64,000 nucleotides of DNA from Microcoleus vaginatus WJT46-NPBG5 (GTDB lineage: Bacteria > Cyanobacteriota > Cyanobacteriia > Cyanobacteriales > Oscillatoriaceae), in the NCBI GenBank assembly GCA_019359355.1, contig JAHHHM010000015.1:109147-173146 (forward strand). The letters run 5' to 3'. The position numbers were made by a program, and so were the translations under genes. Of the stretch, positions 39,372-49,970 are shown one piece after another. Under the pieces are notes generated by a model. The model ran no database searches, had not been told where the DNA came from, and saw only the letters and a list, made by a program, of their open reading frames with translations. Positions within the stretch are counted from its first letter, which is position 1; each line of letters begins with the position of its first letter.

Positions 39372-40011
39372 GCGGAGCTATAAAAGTTGCTAAATCATAA
39401 ATTGTTTTATCTTAAAATTAACAATTTGTAATGCACTTATTTCGCCCTCTCACAAAAGTTGTGTAATTTAACTCACACCCAATTAAATAAAAGCTCAAGA
39501 TAGGGGACATCAGCCAAATTGAGCGAGAACCAATGAGAAGCAGCGAACAGATTAATGAGCTGGCTAAACAATTTTCTGGAGTTTCTACTGGGGTAATTCG
39601 TCTCAAACTCTAACAGTTTATCCAAGTCCTCGACAACAACACAGGAGTTACCCGCCTGGAAGTTGACCCGCAAACTCTGACGTTGGGAGATGCGATTGGA
39701 AGTAGTAGAAACGGTGAAACCTACTGTCCTTAAACCCAACCAAGCATTGCGATTAATTGCCCGACAAAACTGCACTGATCGGCATGGAAACAGACGTAGA
39801 GCCGGCGAAGAATGGCTGGTACGTTCTGAAGGTGCGTATTTGCCTGGACTGGATGAAGAAATTTCTGGCATTATTAACGCCTAGATTTTGACTGAACAAA
39901 AGGCACTGCATCGGAAATCGAATTACCCTACAGTGATCACATTATTTTAACTTCTGGAGCCTTATTAATAGATATTGACTCGTTTTACTATTTTTGGGTG
40001 TAACTACTTTA

Positions 40012-41409
40012 TTAGTTATCAACAGTTCTAACAGTTAACACTTGGGGCGGAGTGGCATCGGGGGGATAGAGAAAATCCACTCGCACTAACCGGCTACTCC
40101 CCGCCGGCAGAGTTAGCTGCACTAAAGGTTCACCTTGTTGTCCGCGTCGTTGCACCAGATGCACATAACGAGTTTGAGGTAAACCGGCATCATCGTTGTA
40201 GCGGAGGCGGACGGTGCCTCGGAAGAAGATTTGACGGGCCGGCGGTTCCAGAAAGCGCAACCCGCCTCTAGCCAGTTGTTCTTCTTTAATCGGAGTTTCC
40301 AAGGCAAGCGTGACGGTTTGTGAGGTAGCCGAAGGATTGTATAACGGCAAAGTGAGGCTGTATTCAATGCCGTAATTGCCGTGGGCGCGGTAAGCGGTGT
40401 CTGGGTAACGCACGATCATCGGGGCGCTTTGCACTTGACCTGTGCCCATCTGACCGCGAGGAAGGGTGCTCAGGGCGTAGGAAAAGGCGTCACCGGCTTT
40501 AGGAATCGTGAGATTAGGGCTGCCGGCGCGATCACTGAGTTGGGCTTTCCATGCGGAACCTCGCGAGACACCGGCAACGCGCCCATAGATAATTTGGCCG
40601 GTGGTTTGTTCGGGAGGTGTGGGGGCTTTATCGCGCGCTCCTGCCAGATCGCCGGTTTCTAGTAGCTGCTGCCATTCTTCCCGGCTGGGTGGGCGTTCAC
40701 TGCCATCGGGGTTTTGTTTAGCAAACATCCCCAAACTAGCGGCGTAAACTTGACCAGAACTTTGCAAACGCATCAACGTTGACCGGCCATTAATCGGCGG
40801 TTCTAGGGTGCGAACCGGGATGGGATGATTCAGTAACATCTGGCTTTCCCCAGGCGGAATCACGATTTGAGCCGGCCAATCGGCTTGTCGTTGCCCTCGC
40901 AGCACGTCATTCATCACGCGACTTCCAGGGCCGGCGTAGACAGTGCCAGCAGGATTTTCCACAAATGAGGGCAACTCGATAAATGGGGCATCCGGCTGAC
41001 TTAGATAGCTGGCAGCTTGCAACACCTTGATGGTTACAGGTTGTGTGCCTGGATTGTGCAGAATGACCCCTAAATAAAGGGTGCGTAAATCTTCCGGTGA
41101 TGCGGCTTTGGCGATGTGGTGGGCGAAGAGGTCAAAGCGTCCTTGGAAAGGAAAGTTGAGGTGTGCTGCCGGCACTTGCTTGCCGGTGGGGGGAAAGGTA
41201 GAAAGTAAAATCCCTGGTGTTTGCACAACTTCAGGGCTGTTGCTGTTGAACGTTGGCACCGTGTTAAGTTGGCCCGGTAAGGGGCGTACTTCCTGGGGTC
41301 TGACGATTTCCTGTTGAGTTTCCGGTGCCGGTGGGGGGACTGGCATCCCGCTTGGGGGTGTTGTTTGGGCGAACAGCAGAGTTGACAAAAAGGGAAGTAT
41401 GTGAAGCAC
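40012..41409 (-). CDS. Hypothetical secreted protein, 465 aa
   Basis: N-terminal signal peptide, a Pro-rich stretch, and no recognisable catalytic motif. Confidence 0.55.
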   Translation of the reverse strand: MLHILPFLSTLLFAQTTPPSGMPVPPPAPETQQEIVRPQEVRPLPGQLNTVPTFNSNSPEVVQTPGILLSTFPPTGKQVPAAHLNFPFQGRFDLFAHHIAKAASPEDLRTLYLGVILHNPGTQPVTIKVLQAASYLSQPDAPFIELPSFVENPAGTVYAGPGSRVMNDVLRGQRQADWPAQIVIPPGESQMLLNHPIPVRTLEPPINGRSTLMRLQSSGQVYAASLGMFAKQNPDGSERPPSREEWQQLLETGDLAGARDKAPTPPEQTTGQIIYGRVAGVSRGSAWKAQLSDRAGSPNLTIPKAGDAFSYALSTLPRGQMGTGQVQSAPMIVRYPDTAYRAHGNYGIEYSLTLPLYNPSATSQTVTLALETPIKEEQLARGGLRFLEPPARQIFFRGTVRLRYNDDAGLPQTRYVHLVQRRGQQGEPLVQLTLPAGSSRLVRVDFLYPPDATPPQVLTVRTVDN

Positions 41410-41495
41410 GATCTCGCTAAGTCCTCATTCACGGTAATCCAGTCTATTTCTACCGGCACCTGTTTGAATAATCAGATGCCGGCAGCGATAAACTT

Positions 41496-42320
41496 CTATA
41501 AATTCTCTGGATCTTCTCCCAATTCTCGCAATCGAGCGGCTAAACGCTCAGCCCGTTGGCGTTGTACTTCAGCTTCCTGGCGTTGTTCTTCAGCTTGTTG
41601 GCGTTGTACTTCAGCTTCCTGGCGTTGTTCTTCAGCTTGTTGCTGAGCGGTTTCAGCTTGTTGCGCTGCCGCTTCTTCCGGTAATAAAACCAGATTGCCG
41701 GCCTCGTCATAAAACCGTAACCAAATTGCCGGTTGTCGTTCTACTGTTCCCTCCCAAGTTCCCAACCAAAAACCCAACGTCTCACACCACAGCCAACCTC
41801 GCTCATTCGGTGCCAGAGGCTGATAGCCTTGCGAAATATCCAAATGCCATCCTTGCAAGGAATTCGGATCAAACGGATTAAATACAAAGTAATCGGGTGT
41901 GCGGAAAGTCCGTTCGTAAATGTCTTTTTTGATGCCGGTGTCTATCTCTGCCGTACTTTCTGACATCAACTCGACGATTACATTCGGGTAGCGCCCTTCT
42001 TCATTCCACACCACCCAACCTTCTCTGGAGTAAGAGCCATCAATGTCCAGCACGGCAAAGAAATCTGGCCCTCTAAAGTCGCGGTTTCGGGCTTGGGTGC
42101 TGCTGTAGTAAACGAACATATTGCCGCCGGTGAAGAAGTCTTGCCGGCTTGCCCAAGCTTGTTGCAATGAGCGAATTAAAACATTCATTGCCGTACGGTG
42201 ACGATTCGTTTCCAAGGGGACTCCATCATCAAATATCAAGTCTGTGGGTGGCATTGGGGGTTGCCACTCTGCGGTTAATTCAGTCTGGGCTATTGCTTCT
42301 GTTGTCGCATCAACTGACAT
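41496..42320 (-). CDS. Uma2-family (DUF820) putative endonuclease with a C-terminal repeat-encoded coiled coil
   Basis: Uma2 blocks (DFFAVLDIDG...NVIVELMSEST...DIYERTFRTPDYFVFNP). The C-terminal (QQAEEQRQEAEVQR)n is encoded by a 42-bp tandem repeat. Confidence 0.8.
   Translation of the reverse strand: MSVDATTEAIAQTELTAEWQPPMPPTDLIFDDGVPLETNRHRTAMNVLIRSLQQAWASRQDFFTGGNMFVYYSSTQARNRDFRGPDFFAVLDIDGSYSREGWVVWNEEGRYPNVIVELMSESTAEIDTGIKKDIYERTFRTPDYFVFNPFDPNSLQGWHLDISQGYQPLAPNERGWLWCETLGFWLGTWEGTVERQPAIWLRFYDEAGNLVLLPEEAAAQQAETAQQQAEEQRQEAEVQRQQAEEQRQEAEVQRQRAERLAARLRELGEDPENL
41558..41641. repeat. Perfect 2-copy tandem repeat of a 42-bp unit inside the Uma2 gene
   Basis: Direct reading: GGCGTTGTACTTCAGCTTCCTGGCGTTGTTCTTCAGCTTGTT, twice. 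Confidence 0.7.
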
Positions 42321-42795
42321 CGCACCAGCTCCCTAAATTGGGTTTGTTTATAACTTATAACTGTGTTTTGAATGAGTGAATGGGGCGATTAGTTGCCCGA
42401 CTTTTTGCCGTTCTTGTCGGCCTTTTTGCAAAAAGTTGATTCACTCACCGATATTTCCAAATTCTAACACCGGCTCTACTTTTCAAGAAAGTTAATGGAA
42501 AATATGAGAAACACTTTGGTGCGTTTTTTTGTTTATAGTAACAAAAGCGTGATAAGGACTGTATTTTTCGCTTAACCGCAAATTATTTGATTAGCATAGT
42601 ATATTTAATAAGTCAAGTTACGATGTGTCAAGAAAAACGGTGACAGCCGGCAATCGGCGCGTATGCTATTCAACTAACTGCAATACAGACAAGACTGAAT
42701 GAGCAACCAACCAAGCGAAAAATCGGTCTAGACCCCCTACCGGCAGACCACAATGCCGGTGGTAAAATTAAACAAAATCTAGAGAGACTTATAAT

Positions 42796-44790
42796 ATGGT
42801 AACGACCGGCTCACAATTTTCTGATATTCAAACTCACTGGGCGCGTCCTTTCATTGAAGCTTTACGCTCACGTAATATTATTAGCGGATTCCCTGATGGC
42901 ACGTTTCGACCTGATAAACCCATTAGTCGGGCTGAGTATGCTGCCGTCCTGCAAAGAGCTTTTAAGCAACCTTTGAAGCGGAAATACGTTCCGTTTGTGG
43001 ATGTTCCTCCCAGCTTTTGGGGGGCTTCAGCGATTCAACAAGCCTACGAAAGCGAGTTTCTATCAGGCTATCCCGAACAACGCTTCCGTCCGGGAGATCA
43101 AATCACAAGAGCGCAAGTTTTAATTTCCCTCGTTAGTGGTTTAGGAATTACGGTTGAGAATGCTGCCGGCTTGAAAGCAAAATTACCGCAATTTTATCAA
43201 GATGCTGCCGGCATTCCTGACTATGCAACTGAAAAAGTTGCAATTGCAACCGGCGCGGGAATGGTTGTTAACTACCCTAATTTAAAATCTTTACAGCCAT
43301 TTTATCCAGCAACGCGTGCGGATGTTGTCGCTTTTATCTATCAAGCATTAGTTAAAACCGGCCAAGCTCCGCTCATTGAATCAAACTACATTGTTCCAAC
43401 GGCTCCACTGGCTGCAGTTGGACATACGCGAGAGTTCCGGGGTGCATGGGTAACAACTGTTTGGAGTCGAGATTGGCCTTCACAACCTGGGCTGCCGGTG
43501 GAACAGCAAAAAGCAGAATTGATTGCTATTCTGGATCGGCTAAAATCGCTTAATTTTAATGCCGTTATTTTACAAGTTCGTCCAGAAGGCGATGCAATTT
43601 ATCCTTCTCAATTAGAGCCTTGGAGTTATTGGCTCACCGGCACTCAAGGCAAAGCACCGAATCCTTATTACGATCCCCTAGAATTTGCGATTGAAGAAAG
43701 TCACAAACGCAATCTTGAACTTCATGCTTGGTTCAATCCCTACCGTGCCAAAGGTGTGATTAATGATGAAAAAACGGTCGCGCCTCACATTTCCGTTACC
43801 CATCCCGAATATGTTTACAAATATGGTAACGAGTTGTGGATGGACCCAGGCGCGGCTGTTGTTCAGGATTTAACCTATAACGTAGTGATGGATGTAGTGC
43901 GCCGCTATGATATCGATGGCGTTCACGTTGATGACTACTTTTATCCGTATCCAAAACTCAATGTCCCTTTTCCAGATAACAAAACCTACGCGACCTATCA
44001 AGCTGCCGGCGGGAAAATGAGCCTTGGCGACTGGCGACGGGAAAATGTTAATAAATTGGTTTTCCGCCTCAGCCAAGGCATTCGATCTATCAAATCTCAC
44101 GTTAAATTTGGGGTTAGCCCCTTTGGGATTTTTCGTCCTGGGCAGCCGGCACAAATTCAGGGGCTAGATTCTTATGATCAACTTTATACCGACTCTAAAA
44201 AATGGTTGGTTGAAGGTTGGGTAGATTACTTTGCGCCCCAACTTTATTGGGTGATTGATAGGCCGGCACAAAGTTATCCTGTATTGCTCAATTGGTGGTT
44301 GCAAAATAATCCTAAGCGTAAACATTTCTATGTTGGCAATACTATAGAACGAATCGATGGGACAAGCTGGCCGCTTCGGGAAACCCAAAGGCAAATTGAA
44401 ATTACCCGCAGCTTGAATAGTCAGATGGCTTTAGGAAGTATTTTCTACAGCATGAAGGTTTTGAATGAAAACCGGCACGGAATAGCAGATAAATTCAAGC
44501 AAGAAATTTATGCAATGCCGGCACTCGCACCTACGATGCCTGCGCTGGATTCTACCCCCCCAACTTTGCCAAAGGGAGTGAAGCGTGTAGACAATCAGAT
44601 CGTGTGGAATGCTGCAGCGAACAATGATATTCGTTCTTGGGCGATTTATCGGCAGAATGGTCAGACTTGGACGCTGGTGCGAGTGCTGCCGGCATATAGA
44701 ACCTCGACAGCAATTGAACCGGGAACCTATGCTATATGCGCCGTTGATAGAATGTCTAATGAAAGTTTAGGAGTGATCGTTTCGATTTAG
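42796..44790 (+). CDS. S-layer-homology (SLH) domain protein with a glycoside-hydrolase-like family 10 (GHL10/DUF187) domain
   Basis: Three N-terminal SLH repeats (FPDGTFRPDKPISRAEYAAVL and similar). The central region matches GHL10 blocks (NAVILQVRPEGDAIYPS, ELHAWFNPYRA). Confidence 0.75.
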   Translation: MVTTGSQFSDIQTHWARPFIEALRSRNIISGFPDGTFRPDKPISRAEYAAVLQRAFKQPLKRKYVPFVDVPPSFWGASAIQQAYESEFLSGYPEQRFRPGDQITRAQVLISLVSGLGITVENAAGLKAKLPQFYQDAAGIPDYATEKVAIATGAGMVVNYPNLKSLQPFYPATRADVVAFIYQALVKTGQAPLIESNYIVPTAPLAAVGHTREFRGAWVTTVWSRDWPSQPGLPVEQQKAELIAILDRLKSLNFNAVILQVRPEGDAIYPSQLEPWSYWLTGTQGKAPNPYYDPLEFAIEESHKRNLELHAWFNPYRAKGVINDEKTVAPHISVTHPEYVYKYGNELWMDPGAAVVQDLTYNVVMDVVRRYDIDGVHVDDYFYPYPKLNVPFPDNKTYATYQAAGGKMSLGDWRRENVNKLVFRLSQGIRSIKSHVKFGVSPFGIFRPGQPAQIQGLDSYDQLYTDSKKWLVEGWVDYFAPQLYWVIDRPAQSYPVLLNWWLQNNPKRKHFYVGNTIERIDGTSWPLRETQRQIEITRSLNSQMALGSIFYSMKVLNENRHGIADKFKQEIYAMPALAPTMPALDSTPPTLPKGVKRVDNQIVWNAAANNDIRSWAIYRQNGQTWTLVRVLPAYRTSTAIEPGTYAICAVDRMSNESLGVIVSI

Positions 44791-44845
44791 GTCAAAAGTT
44801 TCAGTAGGGTGTGTGATCCAGACATCCTACTGAAACGGCATAAAT

Positions 44846-45241
44846 TTAACCGCCAATCACGGCAATACACTCAATTTCTACCCGCACATCTTTAGGTAAA
44901 CGGGAAACCTGAACAGTCGCGCGTGCCGGCGCTGTTTCCTCATCAAAATATTTCCCATAAACGGCATTCATCGCCGCAAAATCATTCATATCTAAAAGAA
45001 ATACACCTGTTTTTACCACATCATTAAAAGTCGCTCCAGCCGCTGTTAGAATCGCTTCAATATTTTTCATGACTTGTTCAGTCTGCTTAGCGACATCGTC
45101 GGGGTAGACAATATCATTAATTTTAGGATCAATTGCAATTTGACCGGCAACAAAGATCATCGTGCCGGTTGCTGCGACTGCTTGATTGTACGGGCCAACA
45201 GGTGCCGGTGCTTGTTCAGTACGGATAATTTTTTTCGTCAT
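44846..45241 (-). CDS. ridA: RidA/YjgF family reactive-intermediate deaminase
   Basis: [16 protein letters not shown]...VKTGVFL...[18 protein letters not shown]. The start is chosen at the internal Met. The longest ORF runs to 45304. Confidence 0.8.
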   Translation of the reverse strand: MTKKIIRTEQAPAPVGPYNQAVAATGTMIFVAGQIAIDPKINDIVYPDDVAKQTEQVMKNIEAILTAAGATFNDVVKTGVFLLDMNDFAAMNAVYGKYFDEETAPARATVQVSRLPKDVRVEIECIAVIGG

Positions 45242-45507
45242 TGATATCTCTAATTCTGAGTTTTCCGGAGAGTGTGCTGGTTTGCAGGTTTCTCCATCAG
45301 GCATTATCGCATCTATCAGCGTTAAATCTGCTGTGGAATAGCTCGGAAAACGTTTAAAAATTTCTGGCTTACAGTGAAAATTGGAAAACTTGTCTCAGAT
45401 TATCTTCATGCTCAACTGACTGCCTAATTATTTTGGCAAACGTCAGATGCTCCCCATAACGCGACGATTAGCAGTAAGCTGTTTTAGGGCATTTGTGATG
45501 ATTAAAC

Positions 45508-46743
45508 ATGGCAACGATTAACGATAACTACCTCAAACTAAAAGCCGGCTACCTGTTTCCTGAAATTGGGCGACGAGTGAATGCCTTCGCTGAGGCAAAT
45601 CCTGACGCGAAGATTATCCGGCTAGGCATTGGCGATGTCACCGAACCATTACCGGAAGCCTGCCGCACTGCGATGATTAAAGCCGTCGAAGAAATGGGTG
45701 ATCGCGCCACCTTCAAAGGATATGGCCCAGAGCAGGGTTATGCTTGGTTGCGCGAAAAAATTGCCGGCGATGACTTTCAGGCGCGGGGATGCAATGTTGA
45801 TGCGTCGGAAATCTTCATCTCTGATGGCTCTAAATGCGACACCGGCAACATTCTCGACATCTTTGGTGATGACAACACCATTGCCGTCACTGACCCCGTC
45901 TATCCCGTTTATGTAGACACAAACGTAATGGCGGGACACACCGGCGCTGCTAACGATAAGAGCGAATTTGAGGGTTTAGTTTATTTGCCTATCACCGCAG
46001 AAAATAATTTTACCGCTCAAATTCCTGCTCAAAAAGTCGATTTAATTTATCTTTGCTTTCCCAATAATCCTACCGGCGCAGTTGCTACCAAAGAACACTT
46101 AAAAGCGTGGGTGGATTATGCCAAGGCGAATGGCTCCATCATCTTTTTTGATGCAGCTTACGAAGCCTATATTACCGATCCAAACCTTCCCCATTCTATC
46201 TACGAAATAGAAGGCGCACGAGATTGTGCAATCGAGTTTCGTTCCTTCTCCAAAACAGCAGGATTTACAGGCACTCGCTGTGCGTTTACAGTCGTGCCAA
46301 AAACACTCACAGCAAAAGCGTCTGATGGTTCCGATGTGGAACTATGGAAGCTGTGGAATCGCCGGCAGTCCACTAAATTTAATGGCGTTTCTTACATCGT
46401 GCAACGTGCGGCTGAGGCGGTTTATTCTGAGGCAGGAAAGGCGCAAGTTAAAGCTTTGGTCAGTTTCTATTTAGAAAATGCCAAAATTATCCGCGAGAAA
46501 CTGAGTGAGGCTGGAATCTCTGTTTACGGCGGTGTGAATGCACCTTATGTATGGTTAAAAACGCCCAATAACCTTTCAAGTTGGGATTTCTTCGATAAGC
46601 TGCTGCAAACTTGCAATGTGGTAGGAACACCGGGTTCTGGGTTCGGTGCAGCGGGCGAAGGTTACTTCCGCATTTCGGCATTTAATAGCCGGGAGAATGT
46701 AGAGGAAGCCATGCGACGAATTACTGAGAAGTTTAAGGCATAG
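45508..46743 (+). CDS. dapL: LL-diaminopimelate aminotransferase
   Basis: The N-terminus ([47 protein letters not shown]) is characteristic of DapL. It is a PLP aminotransferase fold. Confidence 0.9.
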   Translation: MATINDNYLKLKAGYLFPEIGRRVNAFAEANPDAKIIRLGIGDVTEPLPEACRTAMIKAVEEMGDRATFKGYGPEQGYAWLREKIAGDDFQARGCNVDASEIFISDGSKCDTGNILDIFGDDNTIAVTDPVYPVYVDTNVMAGHTGAANDKSEFEGLVYLPITAENNFTAQIPAQKVDLIYLCFPNNPTGAVATKEHLKAWVDYAKANGSIIFFDAAYEAYITDPNLPHSIYEIEGARDCAIEFRSFSKTAGFTGTRCAFTVVPKTLTAKASDGSDVELWKLWNRRQSTKFNGVSYIVQRAAEAVYSEAGKAQVKALVSFYLENAKIIREKLSEAGISVYGGVNAPYVWLKTPNNLSSWDFFDKLLQTCNVVGTPGSGFGAAGEGYFRISAFNSRENVEEAMRRITEKFKA

Positions 46744-46764
46744 ATCGCTCGGTTTGAGGGTAGC

Positions 46765-46794
46765 GGTGGGCTTTTGTCCACCCTGCCGGTTTTC
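46765..46794. terminator. Candidate rho-independent terminator after dapL: GGTGGG-CTTTTGT-CCCACC stem-loop followed by a GTTTT run
   Basis: 6-bp GC stem followed by a T-run. Confidence 0.35.
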
Positions 46795-46865
46795 ACAGAT
46801 TCAGGCGCGATCTCGCAGAGAATGAAATGAATATGACAAGATCAAAGAAGTAGCGATTACCATGC

Positions 46866-47285
46866 TTGTCAATGTCTCCAACTAATCCTAGTCTCGATCT
46901 TCCCTTTCACCGCCTACGTGAAGTGCGCGACGCTGTGCTCCACTTGCACAAAGCGCTGCTGCACTCAGAACGAGGAGTCTATGAGCAGTCTCATGGACCC
47001 ATCAAGTCAAAAGGGGAATTTTTCCAGCTTGTTGTCGGTGATGAATGGTTTAGCTGGTTGCGCCCATTGTCTCAGTTTATTGTCCAAATTGATGAAGCTG
47101 TCAGCGCCAAAGAACCGATTACATTGGATAGAGCAAATGAGCTATTAAACGAAGCGCGTAGCTTGCTTCACCCGGCAGAAGAAGGGACCCCGCGAGAGCA
47201 GCGTTACTATCAAGCAATTCAGCGCGACCCTGATATTGCGTTTATGCACGCAGCAGTCTCAAATTTGCTATCGCGTGACCGCTAA
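46866..47285 (+). CDS. Hypothetical protein, 139 aa
   Basis: ORF with native GC content. No recognisable motifs. Confidence 0.4.
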   Translation: MSMSPTNPSLDLPFHRLREVRDAVLHLHKALLHSERGVYEQSHGPIKSKGEFFQLVVGDEWFSWLRPLSQFIVQIDEAVSAKEPITLDRANELLNEARSLLHPAEEGTPREQRYYQAIQRDPDIAFMHAAVSNLLSRDR

Positions 47286-47625
47286 TTCATTGGCAATCGC
47301 TCTTTCAATCCGAATTATGATTGAGCGATTGTCGAGTTTTTTTTATTTTTAATGAACAAGAAAGTAGGGTTATACTAACTAGGTTGTGTTGGCAGAGTTG
47401 CATTTAGTCACACGTTTGGAATTTTTAGATTGTCAGGTGTCGCAGGAGGATTTGCTTAGGAGGTGTGCATAGCAGAGTTAGGAGTGAGATAAGATGTAAC
47501 GCTTTATGGTAAAGTTAAAGGAGCGGTTAGAGGAAAAGATTCGCTTGAATCTGGAGGAGTTGATATATATTGACTAATTCTAGGATTCTACTACTTAATT
47601 AATAGCAATTATTTAATCAAAAAAT

Positions 47626-49014
47626 ATGATTAACCAAAAAATTCAATCCAACTTAGAATCTTTTTCAATATTTGGTCTATTTGGCACACAAAAGGTAGTT
47701 ATACTTTTTAAAGAAAATGCTGTAATCATAATAGGAGAAAATGGATCTGGCAAAACAACTCTTTTGAATGCTATTTACTACACATTATCTTGTAAGTTTT
47801 ATCGATTAATGACTATAGATTTTGAAAGTATCGTTGTAAAATTTAAATCTGGAGATGAAGCTGAAATTGCAAAATCTAATCTAATTTTATCAAAAAATTC
47901 TATTAATAAAGGATCAGTTTTTTCTGGGTTTCTTGATATTATTCCTGAGCCAAAGCTTTATGAATTGCTCAGTTTGCGAGAAACTAACCCTAATTCCTAT
48001 AAGGCATATGTCTCTCGTATTTCTAGGACATATGAGATTTCTTCAAGAATGGTCAAAGAGTACATAGAAAACCTTGGTAAAACTAGTGATAATATTTTTG
48101 CTTATAGTATTAGCACAGCCAAAGAAACCATTGAAAAAAACTTAAAAGAAAAAATATTGTATTTTCCTACTTATAGAAGAATTGAAGAAGACTTAAACAA
48201 ATTAGTGGATGAAGATAAAAACTTTAGTAATGTTCACGACCCTATTCAGTTAGAGCTACTTCAGGAAAGAGATAGCGAACTTATTAGGTTTGGCATGACC
48301 GATGTTGACATAAAATTTAAGGAAATTACCTCAAGCATCAAAAACTCAGCAATTGAGTGGTTTTCAAAAGTTACAGGTGAAATGCTTAGCCAGTTAGTAG
48401 ATGGGATATCTATTGAAGATGATATGAAAACTGTGATCAAGCAACCTGAAGACTTGAAAATTGTTTTAGGCAGAGTCGGGGACAGTATACCTTCTCCTAA
48501 TCAGAAACGTATTATTGAATTAATTGAAACCGATGAGATTTTTCAGAACGAAAAATACAATCCGTTAATATATTTTTTGTCAAATCTCATTAAAATATAT
48601 GAACAACAAAGAGAGAAAGATGAATCTATAAAAAAATTTGCAAAAATTTGCAATGAATATCTTAGAAAGAAAAAAATAGTATACAATGAAAGCACAGTAG
48701 AAATTTCAGTAGTTCAAACCACACCTGATAAAACAATAAACCTTCAAGATTTGTCTTCAGGAGAAAAACAAATAATATCATTGTTCTCTAGAATATATTT
48801 AGATCCTCCCGGCGATTTTATACTTCTTTTTGATGAGCCAGAATTATCACTTTCTATAGAGTGGCAAAGGAAACTACTGCCGGATATTTTAAAGTCAGGT
48901 AAATGTAAATTGTTGTTATCAGTTACACACTCTCCTTTCATTTTTGATAATGAATTAGATGAAAATGCATTTGACCTAGAAACATTGAAAGAAGAGATAG
49001 AAGAGAAAGTATGA
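47626..49014 (+). CDS. ABC-type ATPase of the AAA_15/21 class, AriA-like (PARIS-type defence ATPase)
   Basis: Walker A GENGSGKTT, ABC signature LSSGEKQ, Walker B ILLFDEPE and an H-loop SVTHS, with a long helical insertion between them. The local GC is about 30%. Its stop overlaps the next gene's start (ATGA). Confidence 0.7.
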   Translation: MINQKIQSNLESFSIFGLFGTQKVVILFKENAVIIIGENGSGKTTLLNAIYYTLSCKFYRLMTIDFESIVVKFKSGDEAEIAKSNLILSKNSINKGSVFSGFLDIIPEPKLYELLSLRETNPNSYKAYVSRISRTYEISSRMVKEYIENLGKTSDNIFAYSISTAKETIEKNLKEKILYFPTYRRIEEDLNKLVDEDKNFSNVHDPIQLELLQERDSELIRFGMTDVDIKFKEITSSIKNSAIEWFSKVTGEMLSQLVDGISIEDDMKTVIKQPEDLKIVLGRVGDSIPSPNQKRIIELIETDEIFQNEKYNPLIYFLSNLIKIYEQQREKDESIKKFAKICNEYLRKKKIVYNESTVEISVVQTTPDKTINLQDLSSGEKQIISLFSRIYLDPPGDFILLFDEPELSLSIEWQRKLLPDILKSGKCKLLLSVTHSPFIFDNELDENAFDLETLKEEIEEKV

Positions 49015-49970
49015 CAAGATTAGATGATATCAGACAGGATCGTTTGGTGGCACCTGCTAAATATCTAGATTTCATAAATGATAGACGTCGTAAATTTGGC
49101 TCTAAACCAATATATTGTTTGTTTGAAGGTGCAGACGACTCCAAGTATTATGGGATAAGAATTGACACTATTATTAGCCCTGTTGTCTCTCCTCAAAACT
49201 TAAATTGTGGAGGGAAAAAAGAAGTGTTAAGATTCCATAGAATAATAAAAGCTCATAAGGAATATCAGGATACTAAGTTTGCCTACTTTATTGATAGAGA
49301 TTTTGACGAATCAATTAGGAGAGGTGATATACATGATATTTACGAAACTCCTGTCTATTCGATAGAGAATTTTTATACTTCAATAAATGTTTTTCAAAAA
49401 ATATTAGAAAACGAGTTCAAATTAACACCGTTGGATGACGACTTTAAAAAATGTAGCGAGTTATATCAAGCTCGTCAGAGGGAATTTCATCAAGAAACTA
49501 AATTATTAAATGCTTGGGTATCTTGTCAGAGAAAATATCAACATCACCAAGAATATTCAGGAAAATTTAAAAGAGCAAGCTTAAAAGACTTTAAGCTTGA
49601 TGATCATATATTTGTAAGTTTAGATAAAGTGACATCGAACTATACGCTTGAAACTTTAAATGAGTGTTTTTCAGAAGCTTACCATCCTACAGAAGATGTT
49701 ATACAGCAGAAACTAGCGGAATTTGATAGTGTAGATTGCCAAAAAACTTTTAGAGGAAAATTTGAAATTTTTTTTCTATTTAAGTTTTTTGTAAAATTAA
49801 ATAGAAAAAAAAACTCAAAATATTTCTCACAAAAGCCAAAAAAGAAAAAAGTTTCTTTGAACATCTCAATAGATAATATTATTACAACTTTCTCCGGTTA
49901 TGCTGAGACACCAAATTGTCTTAGAGCTTATCTAGAATCATTCAAAGACATAGAAAATACTTCTATTTAA
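49011..49970 (+). CDS. DUF4435/OLD-type TOPRIM nuclease-like protein, AriB-like
   Basis: TOPRIM-like acidic motifs: CLFEGADDSKYYG (the E-G-x-x-D block) and YFIDRDFDE (DxD). 319 aa. It is translationally coupled to the upstream ATPase. Confidence 0.6.
   Translation: MTRLDDIRQDRLVAPAKYLDFINDRRRKFGSKPIYCLFEGADDSKYYGIRIDTIISPVVSPQNLNCGGKKEVLRFHRIIKAHKEYQDTKFAYFIDRDFDESIRRGDIHDIYETPVYSIENFYTSINVFQKILENEFKLTPLDDDFKKCSELYQARQREFHQETKLLNAWVSCQRKYQHHQEYSGKFKRASLKDFKLDDHIFVSLDKVTSNYTLETLNECFSEAYHPTEDVIQQKLAEFDSVDCQKTFRGKFEIFFLFKFFVKLNRKKNSKYFSQKPKKKKVSLNISIDNIITTFSGYAETPNCLRAYLESFKDIENTSI

Noticed and set aside
39473-39871. 132-aa ORF on the minus strand
   Set aside because: It runs antisense to a region with better protein-like signal on the plus strand. 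Its composition is low-complexity and Ser/Arg-rich.
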